Virus record (IMG/VR): IMGVR_UViG_3300031993_000033
Location: 1-64,000 of that record
Direction: 5' to 3' (one strand)
DNA length: 64,000 bases
DNA from: a virus
Lineage: Duplodnaviria > Caudoviricetes
Made by a program: the position numbers and the translations under genes. The notes under the pieces were generated by a model, which did no database searches, had not been told where the DNA came from, and saw nothing but the letters and a program-made list of their open reading frames with translations. Below, piece after piece: positions 20,457 to 29,931 of this stretch. Each line of letters starts with the position of its first letter. Positions within the stretch are counted from its first letter, which is position 1.

Positions 20457-21561
20457 TCTTTAATCTTTGTATTTCTACAAGAAGCTGTCGCTTTTCTTCC
20501 ATTAAATCATCAACTTTTTCTTGAAGGTCAATGACCATCTGTCGTTTAATTCCGTCGATTTCGCGCATATCATTTTCGTCAAAGAAAGTATTTTTCTGTA
20601 TTGCGTTCATTGACACCTCTGCCGCCCACCGAGAACCCTCGGACTTGAGTTGGTCATAGTAGTCAGCTTCAGCTCTATCAAAATCTTTCTCTCTTAAATC
20701 TCTCATAAGATAAGTGAGAGTCGATTTACCTATATCTTTGTTTGACCTGTTCTTAACTGAAATTTCGTTTTCTTTTGCAATTTTATCATTTGATTGAACG
20801 AGCTTGCCTTTCATTTCATTTAAGACTTGAATATCCTTGCTGTCGGTCAAAGGCTTTAATTGAGCAATGAGTAAATCATACTGTCTTATTTGATTGTTGT
20901 TATTTACAATTTGAATAATCTGAGATAACTTGTAGTTATCATCGACAACTTCTTCATCGTCTAAGTATTTTACAAGCTCACCAAACAGATAACGCCTATC
21001 ACTGGATTGATAACCAGCAAACGGATCGTAGCCAATAACTTCTATTACAGTATCGACATTTTTCTTTTCTTCTGCCGTCCAGTTTTCTTCCATCATATCA
21101 TCAGCTTCTTGTTTTGAGCGTAAAAACTGCTCGCTATTAATACTTGACATAACATAATCCACAAATGTGAGATTTTTATTCTGTGATAGATTAAGTCTCT
21201 TGATATAGTCACCCAATCTAATATCGCCAGTATTTTTTTCTTTCATTTGCATATATGTCTTTTCGGAGAAAAACCATCCCATTTCTCCGCAAGTTACAAG
21301 AAGCGCAATTTTTTCGTCTTGGTACTTCTCTCTCATTCTGGCAAAGAAATCATCACAGCAATAAGTACATATATTACTAAATCCATCATTGCCGTTATAT
21401 AAAGAATTTTGTATGACCTTAAAGAACTTACCCTCTGGTTCTTGAACAATCTTGCCACAGCAAGAGCATTTATACAGAGGTGGCAAAGTAGTTGTATCTA
21501 TTTTGCGATACTTAGGCTTCGACTTCTTCTCTAAGGTCTGTTTTGAACCTCTCGCTGGCAT
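20437..21561 (-). CDS. Conserved protein upstream of terL, candidate terminase small subunit
   Basis: CxxC pairs, GYDPF motif, coiled coil; synteny only. Confidence 0.5.
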   Translation of the reverse strand: MPARGSKQTLEKKSKPKYRKIDTTTLPPLYKCSCCGKIVQEPEGKFFKVIQNSLYNGNDGFSNICTYCCDDFFARMREKYQDEKIALLVTCGEMGWFFSEKTYMQMKEKNTGDIRLGDYIKRLNLSQNKNLTFVDYVMSSINSEQFLRSKQEADDMMEENWTAEEKKNVDTVIEVIGYDPFAGYQSSDRRYLFGELVKYLDDEEVVDDNYKLSQIIQIVNNNNQIRQYDLLIAQLKPLTDSKDIQVLNEMKGKLVQSNDKIAKENEISVKNRSNKDIGKSTLTYLMRDLREKDFDRAEADYYDQLKSEGSRWAAEVSMNAIQKNTFFDENDMREIDGIKRQMVIDLQEKVDDLMEEKRQLLVEIQRLKNGDDNG

Positions 21562-21573
21562 ATTTTCACTCCT

Positions 21574-22536
21574 TTAACTCATAATTATTTTTGCAAACTG
21601 CGGAATACTTACGCTCGGAATCCGACTTGTGAACTCCACATTTTTAAGCACATTCATATTGCTTGTCGTCAGCAACTCGTCATCTAAAGCCTGTGGTACT
21701 TTACTCAGCGCATTTGCGTAATATTCCTTACATCTCTGCAAATACTTGTCCCCATAATCTGCGCTATAGGCATCAAGTATCTCATTGTAATACCGATAAG
21801 TAATCATTAAATCGTCTGCAATCATTTTTAACACTACTGGCTTATCGGTCATTTTACGCATACAAACTTCATCAATATATGCTTCTGCCGCCTTTATGTA
21901 ATCATACAATACCCAGAATCTATTGTCTGTTTTGTCGGAACGTGTTAGACTTCCATCAGTCCACAACCACGAATAACAAACCTTGTCAATTGTAATGGCA
22001 TTAGGTTCATACGACAAGAACAACTGATTGAAATAGCAATCCTCGTTTACACGCAAATTTTCTCTAAAACGGATGTTGTTCTTATAAAGAAACGCCCGTT
22101 TAAAAAGTTTGCCGTGTAGCCAAGTTGTGCTATGTTCACTTTCGCCAACTGCAAACTTGTTATCAGTGCGGAAGTCATTATCAAAAGCTCCGCATACCAT
22201 ATCAGCATTTTTGCTTTTGGCGTTATACCAAAGCAACTCACAGGCAAACGCCGAAGCCAAACAGTCATCACTGTCTGCAAAAATGATAAACTCGTTATCG
22301 CTATGATCTATGCCATACTGACGAGCAACACCCGCACCACCGTTTTGAGGAGTGACAAGATACTTTATATTCAATTTGTCCTTGAATAAGTTGTTACTGT
22401 AATCTACACCGTCTGCATCACTAACGATATAAACGCAAATATCGTCTTTGATAGTCTGCATATAAATGCTTGCCAACAAGCGATTGATTGTATTCTCAGC
22501 CTTATAAGCTGGCACGATTATATCTATCTTTGCCAT
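21574..22536 (-). CDS. Glycosyltransferase family 2
   Basis: IIVPAYK, NGGAGVARQYG, FADSDD (DxD), ED motifs. Confidence 0.9.
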   Translation of the reverse strand: MAKIDIIVPAYKAENTINRLLASIYMQTIKDDICVYIVSDADGVDYSNNLFKDKLNIKYLVTPQNGGAGVARQYGIDHSDNEFIIFADSDDCLASAFACELLWYNAKSKNADMVCGAFDNDFRTDNKFAVGESEHSTTWLHGKLFKRAFLYKNNIRFRENLRVNEDCYFNQLFLSYEPNAITIDKVCYSWLWTDGSLTRSDKTDNRFWVLYDYIKAAEAYIDEVCMRKMTDKPVVLKMIADDLMITYRYYNEILDAYSADYGDKYLQRCKEYYANALSKVPQALDDELLTTSNMNVLKNVEFTSRIPSVSIPQFAKIIMS

Positions 22537-22559
22537 AATATCATTCCTTTTATTCAAAT

Positions 22560-22596
22560 TGGTGCGCCGTCCAACATCATTGCAGTCGGACAACAC
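22560..22596 (-). ncRNA. tRNA minihelix-like hairpin ending in ACCA
   Basis: 12-bp stem GUGUUGUCCGAC/GUUGGACGGCGC with four G-U pairs, followed by A-CCA. Confidence 0.4.
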
Positions 22597-22617
22597 AAAA
22601 GCCCTCTCAAAGAGGGC
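22597..22617 (-). terminator. Intrinsic terminator after recombinase
   Basis: GCCCTCT-TTG-AGAGGGC then TTTT. Confidence 0.65.
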
Positions 22618-22662
22618 AAGGAGGAATATATGAATTTGAAGATTTCTAATAAAATGTGGGTT

Positions 22663-23691
22663 CTATTTTATATCAGCAATGCCTTTGTTTTCTTGCTGTA
22701 TAATGCCATCTGCACTAAAATACTTTCCAAAGCTGTCAACCGCCGACTTATCATTGTAGATTTGAATGAGCGAAACGTCAGCCCACCCAAAGTATTCTCT
22801 AATAACTTCTGCTGGTATATTCATGTCAACAAGCTCCGTACACAATGCGTGTCTAAGAGCATGATAGTAGAAAGGACAACCGAGTATCTGAGTAAACTCA
22901 TCTTTCCATCCTTCAATATCCGTTCTTTGTTCCCAAATGTCACCACGCTTAATAACAAGAACCCATTCACTGTCAATGCCTAATTCTTCACGCTTCTTGC
23001 GCCACAAATCCATATAGGCATCAACTTTATTCATTACATATTTGTTTATCTGTTTGCCTCTTGTTCCACGACCTTTAGCTCTTACCCTGTCTGTTTTATA
23101 AAGACAGCCAAATTCAAGATGGTCAGGAGTAAAGTATTCCATTTTCATTTGAAGCAGTTCTGCCTTACGCATACCAGAATAAGCAAGAATTGCAATACAA
23201 ACAGCTTTATCATATTCTTCTCTCTTTACAAGCTCATCAAGTAATCTCTGTACTTGTTTCGTAGAAAGAACAGTCTTTTCCCTAACAGCTTCATTAGCAG
23301 GAGACTCAATTTTTCTGATAATGCTACGATAATCTTCATATCCTTCTTCTTCGTCTAACATCGAAGTAATGTAATTAGACAATGATGATAATGTAGATTT
23401 AACTCGCCTTATTCTACGAGGACTCCATTTCCATACATTAAGGGCATGGTTTTGAAATCTTGCGAAGTCACGTTTGCTTATCTTGATAAATTCCTTATTA
23501 GCATTTTCCTCTAAATTCCAAACAAAGAATATCTCAAGGTCTGAGTTGTATGCTAAGATTGTTTGAGGACTTCTGTCAATTGAAGCAAGATAATCAAGGA
23601 AGTCTTTACTTAATTGAGTATTCTCAGGATTAATCTGCTTAATCTTTTCTTCGGTTGTAATCTTGTTATAAACCGTTGATCTGCCTTCCAT
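22663..23691 (-). CDS. Tyrosine recombinase (XerC/D-like)
   Basis: SGMRKAEL, KGRG, HALRH, GW..IY catalytic residues; ATG after AAGGAG. Confidence 0.9.
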   Translation of the reverse strand: MEGRSTVYNKITTEEKIKQINPENTQLSKDFLDYLASIDRSPQTILAYNSDLEIFFVWNLEENANKEFIKISKRDFARFQNHALNVWKWSPRRIRRVKSTLSSLSNYITSMLDEEEGYEDYRSIIRKIESPANEAVREKTVLSTKQVQRLLDELVKREEYDKAVCIAILAYSGMRKAELLQMKMEYFTPDHLEFGCLYKTDRVRAKGRGTRGKQINKYVMNKVDAYMDLWRKKREELGIDSEWVLVIKRGDIWEQRTDIEGWKDEFTQILGCPFYYHALRHALCTELVDMNIPAEVIREYFGWADVSLIQIYNDKSAVDSFGKYFSADGIIQQENKGIADIK

Positions 23692-23789
23692 GAACTCATC
23701 TCCTTTAATTCTAAGAGCACACAAGGGCGGCATCGCAATGTCACCCTTGCTCGGTAGTCCGATGGTACTTATAGCGTTGACGACACGCT

Positions 23790-23863
23790 TGGTTGCAGCT
23801 CTGAGACTCGAACTCAGGACGAGAGGATATGAGCCTCCCATGATACCACTTCACTAAGCTGCC
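23790..23863 (-). tRNA. tRNA-Met(CAT), possibly initiator-like
   Basis: Cloverleaf with CUCAUAU anticodon loop, GUUCGAGUC T-loop, encoded CCA; G1-A72 mismatch. Confidence 0.85.
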
Positions 23864-24281
23864 ATTTTCTCCACGAAATTGCTTTTAACACAATTAAGTG
23901 GAGATAATACGCATCATAGCAAATGCGTCCAAATGCCACAATACGCAAGTTTTGCATCACCAAAGACCTCGTAATGCAAGAGATTAAAAAACCGCACGTA
24001 GTCAGCTTGCGAGGTAACAGAGGCTTGTGCGGTACTATTCAAGAAACTATGACGCTGTACTATGCCGTCGCACTAACAGCGTCAATACAAAGAAACATAG
24101 CAAAATTCTTTTTCTATAAGTGTCGGTAAACGACTCTGTTTATATAATATGGGGTTCTATTACTTAGGGGACTCGATGCCTCTCACTCATAACATACTTC
24201 CCATATCTATTCTTTAATATGGGCGGTGTATTATAACTGACCACCGCCTTGTCAGTGTCGAACTCCTTCCGCAAGGAGGAG

Positions 24282-24355
24282 TGGTGAGCAATCTCGGATG
24301 TGCGCCGAGGACTTCCGCTTTTTATCACGTTGCTTTACTGCCAAGCTCATTGCCC
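24282..24355 (-). ncRNA. Degenerate tRNA-like RNA
   Basis: Acceptor GGGCAAU/AUUGCUC+ACCA, D-arm, T-stem CUCGG/CCGAG; non-canonical T-loop and weak anticodon arm. Confidence 0.55.
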
Positions 24356-24442
24356 AGCACCCCCTTCGGGGTGTACAGGTATATTTATCCTGCCCCTCGG
24401 TGGCAGCGTGTATTTCAACAGAGGCTTTTGCTTCTGTCTACA

Positions 24443-24865
24443 TCAGAATACGCCCTCAAAAATTTCCGACTCAATCTTAAACGGTATCATTTTTGAGTGT
24501 AAAGGCAGAGAAACCTCGTTTGCGCTGAACTCCACATAGTACACAACGTCATCCACATACGCCGTGTCATCGTCAAGCGCAGCTTCGCAAATCAGCTCTC
24601 CGCTATCAAAAAGTGTAATAAGCATATTGCCGTCGCAAGCCTGTTGCTTCTTAACATCCTCGTAAGCCTCATCCGCAAACTCGGACTTCATGGCAACGCT
24701 CACACCGTTAATGGTAAACGAGTTTAGGCACTGACAAACACCAAGAGCGTCCTGCCAGTTGACAATGAGAAATGCCGAGCCGTTTTCCATAGCGGACTTC
24801 ACAAACTCAGCCGAGAAATCCTCGTATTTGGCATAAGCCTTACACATAGATTCGGTGATTTTCAT
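24443..24865 (-). CDS. Hypothetical protein
   Basis: 140 aa; resembles the adjacent ORF. Confidence 0.65.
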   Translation of the reverse strand: MKITESMCKAYAKYEDFSAEFVKSAMENGSAFLIVNWQDALGVCQCLNSFTINGVSVAMKSEFADEAYEDVKKQQACDGNMLITLFDSGELICEAALDDDTAYVDDVVYYVEFSANEVSLPLHSKMIPFKIESEIFEGVF

Positions 24866-25228
24866 TTAATCACCACCTATCAGCTTGATTTTGCAATCCT
24901 CGCCGTCAAGTACAAATTCTTCCGGCAGATGTGCGCCAATCGCAAGCGTGTCTATGAGATATAAGCCACCACCGCGTACAGGCTCTCCATCTTCGGCAAT
25001 TGCCTTCTGACAGAATACGCTACCGTCATCATCAAGCGAAATCAGGTATGCGTCGGCATAGCCGTTCCAAACCTCGCCCGCAAGCTCTATGTTTTCAAGA
25101 AATGCTTCAGGCAACGTCAGAATGTATTTGAGCAAATTCTTTGCGTTCTCATAATCTGTAACAACCGACACAAGTCTGCCCTGTGCGTGAGCCTTTAATA
25201 TCTTAGAAAAGACCTTTGTGAGATTCAT
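24866..25228 (-). CDS. Hypothetical protein
   Basis: 120 aa with AAGGAG RBS. Confidence 0.65.
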   Translation of the reverse strand: MNLTKVFSKILKAHAQGRLVSVVTDYENAKNLLKYILTLPEAFLENIELAGEVWNGYADAYLISLDDDGSVFCQKAIAEDGEPVRGGGLYLIDTLAIGAHLPEEFVLDGEDCKIKLIGGD

Positions 25229-25240
25229 AACTTCACTCCT

Positions 25241-26209
25241 TTAATTCAGTGCGACCAGTTCTGTTTTCTCACGAATAGTCTTGCCGTTTATATCCTGACA
25301 CAGATATACAAAACCTTCTTTCTGAGAATTGTAGAGCTGCCCGTTGTTGTAGTTATTCTTAGATACGTCGCTAAACGCACCCTGTTCAATTATTCTTGTG
25401 TTGCCTATGTAATACTCGCCAACTCTATGAGTATGAGCCATTACAAGTTCCAAGAACTGATGTCCCTCGTTGCGGAAGAAATACATCGCTTTTTCCGCAG
25501 TCTTGAGAACTCCCGATGAAAATGCTGACGGATGAGCAAATATTGTGTCGCCAATCTGCACCCACCAATCATCGGTATAGTCAACTTCAATGTTTGGGAA
25601 TAATTCTTTTATGGGCGTATACCACGACTTTGTACCCTCACGCTTGTCGTAGTGATAGAAGCCGTCTACAAATATAAGCTCAAGACTTGTTCTCGGCATA
25701 AGCTCCACCATTTCATTATCAAGGTTCTTGGCTATATAGTTCTGAAAGCGCAGATCGTGGTTGCCGTATGTAACGACTACTTTCTTAGGCTGTAAGTATT
25801 CAATCATGTCAATCACATACTTGCGAGCCTTAATGATTTCTTCCATAGGGGACACGCGATAAACCTTGTTGAACTTTGAAATAGCCTGACAATCGCAAAT
25901 GTCGCCGTTAAGCTGAAGTATATCCACTCTGCCCTTATAGGCTGATAATGTCTCTATCGGCAACTCAAAAGGTACATGAGTGTCCGATATGCTGAGTATA
26001 CGAGTTACAACCGCAGTATCGCCCTTTGCTTTAAGGGCATTATTCATAAGGGTATAATACTGGTAACACTTACGGTATGCGCTGGAACTAACATCAGCAC
26101 CAAACTCGGAATTGAGCTGTGCTGCCACATCGTCCCAAGTCTTATCTTTGGGCTTACTATTACAAATTTCAAAGATACGACAGTATTGCTCAGTCGTAAA
26201 TTTCTTCAA
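25241..26209 (-). CDS. Calcineurin-like metallophosphoesterase with N-terminal helical domain
   Basis: SDTH, NGD, GNHD, H, AHTH motifs. Confidence 0.85.
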   Translation of the reverse strand: MKKFTTEQYCRIFEICNSKPKDKTWDDVAAQLNSEFGADVSSSAYRKCYQYYTLMNNALKAKGDTAVVTRILSISDTHVPFELPIETLSAYKGRVDILQLNGDICDCQAISKFNKVYRVSPMEEIIKARKYVIDMIEYLQPKKVVVTYGNHDLRFQNYIAKNLDNEMVELMPRTSLELIFVDGFYHYDKREGTKSWYTPIKELFPNIEVDYTDDWWVQIGDTIFAHPSAFSSGVLKTAEKAMYFFRNEGHQFLELVMAHTHRVGEYYIGNTRIIEQGAFSDVSKNNYNNGQLYNSQKEGFVYLCQDINGKTIREKTELVALN

Positions 26210-26264
26210 CTGAAATTCCTCCTTAAATTCAAATTGTGATTTACTGAATCACGATTCAGTAAAT

Positions 26265-26453
26265 TTATGCGATGTCAATTGACTCGCCAACTGAGATCGA
26301 AACTTCCGAGCCATTGAAATCATCAAGCAGACTTGCAAGCTCTAAAGCCTCGCCGTCCTCAATTTCTATGACAACACTATTGCTGTCTTTATCTACATTT
26401 AGAACACCCTTGATGCCAAGAGAGTTCTTGCGTATTACATTCGCTTTCGCCAT
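26265..26453 (-). CDS. YonK-like small protein
   Basis: 62 aa; KGVL...LLDDFNGSEVSISV pattern and SPbeta-like synteny. Confidence 0.55.
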   Translation of the reverse strand: MAKANVIRKNSLGIKGVLNVDKDSNSVVIEIEDGEALELASLLDDFNGSEVSISVGESIDIA

Positions 26454-26488
26454 TTTTAATCTCCTTGTTTTCCACGAAATCGCAATTT

Positions 26489-27914
26489 TTAAAAACTTAT
26501 TTTATCACCCATTACTGGTGTATGAACCTTCGCACTTCTGTCTGCCTTGCTCAAACTATCACGGAGCATTTTTGCAAATTCCTGTTTGCCGTTGCTCTCA
26601 GAATGAACAAGGTAAATTTTGTTATACTGTGCATCGGTATATCTCTGCAATAATTCGCTTCTGCAAGCGTGACTTGAAAATGATGTAAGCTGCATTACAT
26701 TAGCTCTACTTCTCACACGTTCACCATCTATTGTCACCCATTTCTTACTATGCTGAATTTGATAAGCGACACTATCTTCGTCGCCCGCATATCCACAAAG
26801 ACATACCCTCGCATTCTCATTTGGCAAAATAGATTTGAGCCATGAAACTACACGCCCGTTCTTGAGGAAGTTGCTTGTTGAGATAACCACCTGTGAAGTC
26901 TGCAACTTCTGCCATTGCTGAGATTCCTCATAGGTATTAACCCACACGATGTTCTTCCACGTTGACACTTTCTTCCACAAGTCATAGTCTTTCTCTATGA
27001 GCTTATCCCATAATGCAGATATCTTCATACCAAGTGGTGCGTCAATTATAATCGGTGTTGCAAATGTTTCATCATCACCGTATATCTTATAGAGAGTTGT
27101 GAGAATATCCTGTAATCTATTGAGTGAGAACGAGCCAAATAAAACCTTTTGAGTGTCGTGCTGACAACACTGGTCAATAACACACTTTATCTTTTCAATA
27201 TCTTTATCTCTATCTTTCTGTTTATGAGTTTTATGACTACCACCATAAGTACATTCAGCCAAAACAATATCGGAGTAGGGAAGTGGTTCATATGGTAAGA
27301 TATAATCCTTTTCTATATCCGAGCCTATATCACCTGTAAAACCTAATCTCTTAATTGTCTCACCTAATTTGAAGGTCATATGAACTTGTGCCGCATTTAC
27401 TATATGGCTTGCATGATAATAATGCATTGTAAGGTCATCGAATAAAACTATATCCTCACCAAATGGCAATTCAACCAAATGCTCAAGGGCAATCTCAATA
27501 TCTTCCTGAGTATACAAAGGCGTTGCGTTCATATTGTAACGCTTTTCAAGTTTTACACAGTCACTCTCAAATATTTTGAGACTATCTTCCCACATAATGC
27601 GAGATATAGCCTTATTGCCTTTAGGAATATAAACATTACCTCTATATCCACGAGCAAATAAATAGGGGATATTAAAGTAATGGTCGCCGATGACAATGGC
27701 TGACTATAACAGCATCAAGCTCCGAAAATGGAACTCGGTAATTGCGATGATTAACTTTGTATTGCTTTAAAATATCATCGCCACTTGTTTGATACAGCCC
27801 AGCTTCAAGAAGAATTTGCTTGTCATTATAGGTGATATAGTACATTGAGCCAGTAACACCATCACCAGATTTGCCAACAAATTCTATTTTTACTTTTTCT
27901 TTACTTTTTGCCAT
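26489..27914 (-). CDS. MBL-fold/beta-CASP nuclease, split by +1 frameshift at 27689
   Basis: VTGS, HCH/GDH, SH, FTGD, ECTYG, FSSHA, LVH motifs spread over ORFs 27672..27914 and 26489..27595; skipping one base joins them into about 474 aa. Confidence 0.85.
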
Positions 27915-27930
27915 AAAGGTGAACCACCTT

Positions 27931-28560
27931 TTAAATTATTTCGTCCAGATTAGTAATAATCTTAGTCGCTATGCCAAGTTGAATACACTCATCTGCTGTA
28001 ATATACCAATCTTTCTTAGCGTTCTTAGTATAGAGTTTTGAATCTATATTTGTGCGCTCAATAATATACTCCTTCATAATTGCCACAAGCTTCTTGTAGT
28101 TTTCCATACTTGACTCAGCCTGTTCAAATGTGCCACCGACACTTCCAGAGCCACTATGTAAGAGAACTGTACCAAACTTGTGTGTGTATCTTTCTGTTCC
28201 CGCAAGGAATATAAGCGCACCTGCCGACATTGCGTTTCCAAGATTAACCGTCACAACAGGGGTTTGGCTACACATAATCGTGTTAATAAGCGAGTAGGCT
28301 GCTGTGAGATCGCCTCCGTAGGAATATATATAAACATATATCTTCTTGCGTTTCTCAACGGGGATATCATTATCTCTATCTTCTTTGTTGTAAATCATAA
28401 TCTGACGTACAACATCAAATAGAGATTCATCAATGTCGCAAGTAATATAAATCTTGCGGTCATTAAAATCGTTATAATATGCTACAAGCTCAGGTGATGG
28501 CAGTTTCATATTCTCCATCTCTTTTGCGATTTCTAACATTACAGGCATATTTTCTTCCAT
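27931..28560 (-). CDS. clpP: ClpP-like protease
   Basis: YIYSYGG, AMSAG (Ser), LLH (His), DWYITADE..LG motifs. Confidence 0.85.
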   Translation of the reverse strand: MEENMPVMLEIAKEMENMKLPSPELVAYYNDFNDRKIYITCDIDESLFDVVRQIMIYNKEDRDNDIPVEKRKKIYVYIYSYGGDLTAAYSLINTIMCSQTPVVTVNLGNAMSAGALIFLAGTERYTHKFGTVLLHSGSGSVGGTFEQAESSMENYKKLVAIMKEYIIERTNIDSKLYTKNAKKDWYITADECIQLGIATKIITNLDEII

Positions 28561-28609
28561 GATATTTTCCTCACTTTATTTTGAATTACAGTATTATACT
28601 GCCATTTAG

Positions 28610-29356
28610 TTAATCCAAAGGATTTTGTTTTAGAAATTCTCGATAAGCTTTTTGAGAATTATTATACGACCATTCTCCAAAATACTCATCTTCGGCTTTT
28701 ATGCGAGCATCTATTGCGTCATTCATGTTTTCAAATGAACCAAGATTAATTCTTTTTCCATTCACTTCGATACGAGCAACCCATTTATTGGATGCTTTGT
28801 GAAAGTTAACTCCGGTTACACCAGACGTATTATTGGAGTAGGGCTTTTGATTCATATTATTTTGTGCTTTTGTTGCGATTCTTAAATTCCCCTTACGACA
28901 ATCGCTTCTACTCTCTACGCCACCAATATGATCTACCAACATTCCAATTGGATTTCCCATTATTAGACAATGCAACTGAATACCATGAGAAGAAACAATA
29001 TATCCTTTAGAATTTTTACTCCAACAAATATCAGCTACTTTATCATAATCATCAATATCAACGTAAAATGATTGATTTTTCTCTGTGAAAATCTCGATAT
29101 ACGTATCATGTTTTTTGCATCGATTTCTTTTCTTATTTGCCAAACCGACGTTCTTTATTGATTCAATATAAATACATCCACAAGAACGGGTATTTCCAGA
29201 GTTTAATCTTGAAGTGTTAACTACCACGTCTTTGTTGCTTCCACAATCACAAGTACAATGCCAAAACACTCCTTTTTTGTTAGGATATGCTCGTCCTACA
29301 ACTGTTAACTTCCCATATTTCTTTCCTGTTAAATCAACAAATTTTCCCATTTTCAT
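28610..29356 (-). CDS. HNH-AP2 homing endonuclease
   Basis: DLTGKKYGKL, CxCDCG, SCGC, VDH..NLR..N, NTSGVTGV..W.A.I AP2 domain. Confidence 0.85.
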   Translation of the reverse strand: MKMGKFVDLTGKKYGKLTVVGRAYPNKKGVFWHCTCDCGSNKDVVVNTSRLNSGNTRSCGCIYIESIKNVGLANKKRNRCKKHDTYIEIFTEKNQSFYVDIDDYDKVADICWSKNSKGYIVSSHGIQLHCLIMGNPIGMLVDHIGGVESRSDCRKGNLRIATKAQNNMNQKPYSNNTSGVTGVNFHKASNKWVARIEVNGKRINLGSFENMNDAIDARIKAEDEYFGEWSYNNSQKAYREFLKQNPLD

Positions 29357-29375
29357 GTCCTTTCTTTTGCTCTCT

Positions 29376-29543
29376 TTAGTGCTTAGAAGCCGTTTCAAAA
29401 TCCTTCTTGAATTTTTCAGTCACTTCAAACACAAATATTGTTTTTGACCTATCTTCTTTACAAGGTTTAATATCAAGGATTGGATTACCCATTCTTAACA
29501 ATCTCCTTGCAACATATGGTGTAAATACAGATTTCGTTTCCAT
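29376..29543 (-). CDS. Small conserved phage protein (DUF5659-like), 55 aa, not in ORF track
   Basis: METKSVFTPYVARRLLRMGNPILDIKP...TIFVFE; GGAG RBS. Confidence 0.6.
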   Translation of the reverse strand: METKSVFTPYVARRLLRMGNPILDIKPCKEDRSKTIFVFEVTEKFKKDFETASKH

Positions 29544-29545
29544 AG

Positions 29546-29734
29546 TTATACATCTCCATATGTCATAACAACACTAAGAGAGTTACGATAATTGTTAAGT
29601 AGTTCAACAAGATATTTATCCTCACATAAATAGTAATGTTTAATTTTACTATTCTGCTTGACGGTTCTTGTTAATCCTTCTTTCACACCGTGTTCTCTCA
29701 GATATTTTGCTTCTTCCTTGTTAATTTCAATCAT
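29546..29734 (-). CDS. Small hypothetical protein
   Basis: MIEINKEEAKYLR; first gene after RNAP. Confidence 0.6.
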   Translation of the reverse strand: MIEINKEEAKYLREHGVKEGLTRTVKQNSKIKHYYLCEDKYLVELLNNYRNSLSVVMTYGDV

Positions 29735-29931
29735 GTTTTCACATCTTTCGTGTTTTTATTTATGAACACTTGAACAAGTATTCATATATGCAAAAAAGAG
29801 AGATAAGACAAAAAAAAGAGAAAACCCCACGATGAGGTGGGGTATAAAGAGATCGTTCTCTTTGTCTATCTTTCTCATAAGGGGAAGTAATTCAAAGTGT
29901 CAATTCCTAATATAGCCCGATATATCGTTAT

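Noticed and set aside
22536-22665. In-frame TAG readthrough fusing recombinase to glycosyltransferase
   Set aside because: A terminator lies between them and the GT2 gene has its own RBS; an open frame over about 40 codons can be chance
22630-22983. Plus-strand 117-aa ORF with a strong RBS antisense to the recombinase
   Set aside because: Overlaps the catalytic coding region and no promoter is evident; treated as an anti-RBS element instead, though not fully excluded
24405-24452. Hammerhead-like CUGAUG...GAAA on minus strand
   Set aside because: Core has an extra base, no stem I, and it overlaps a stop codon
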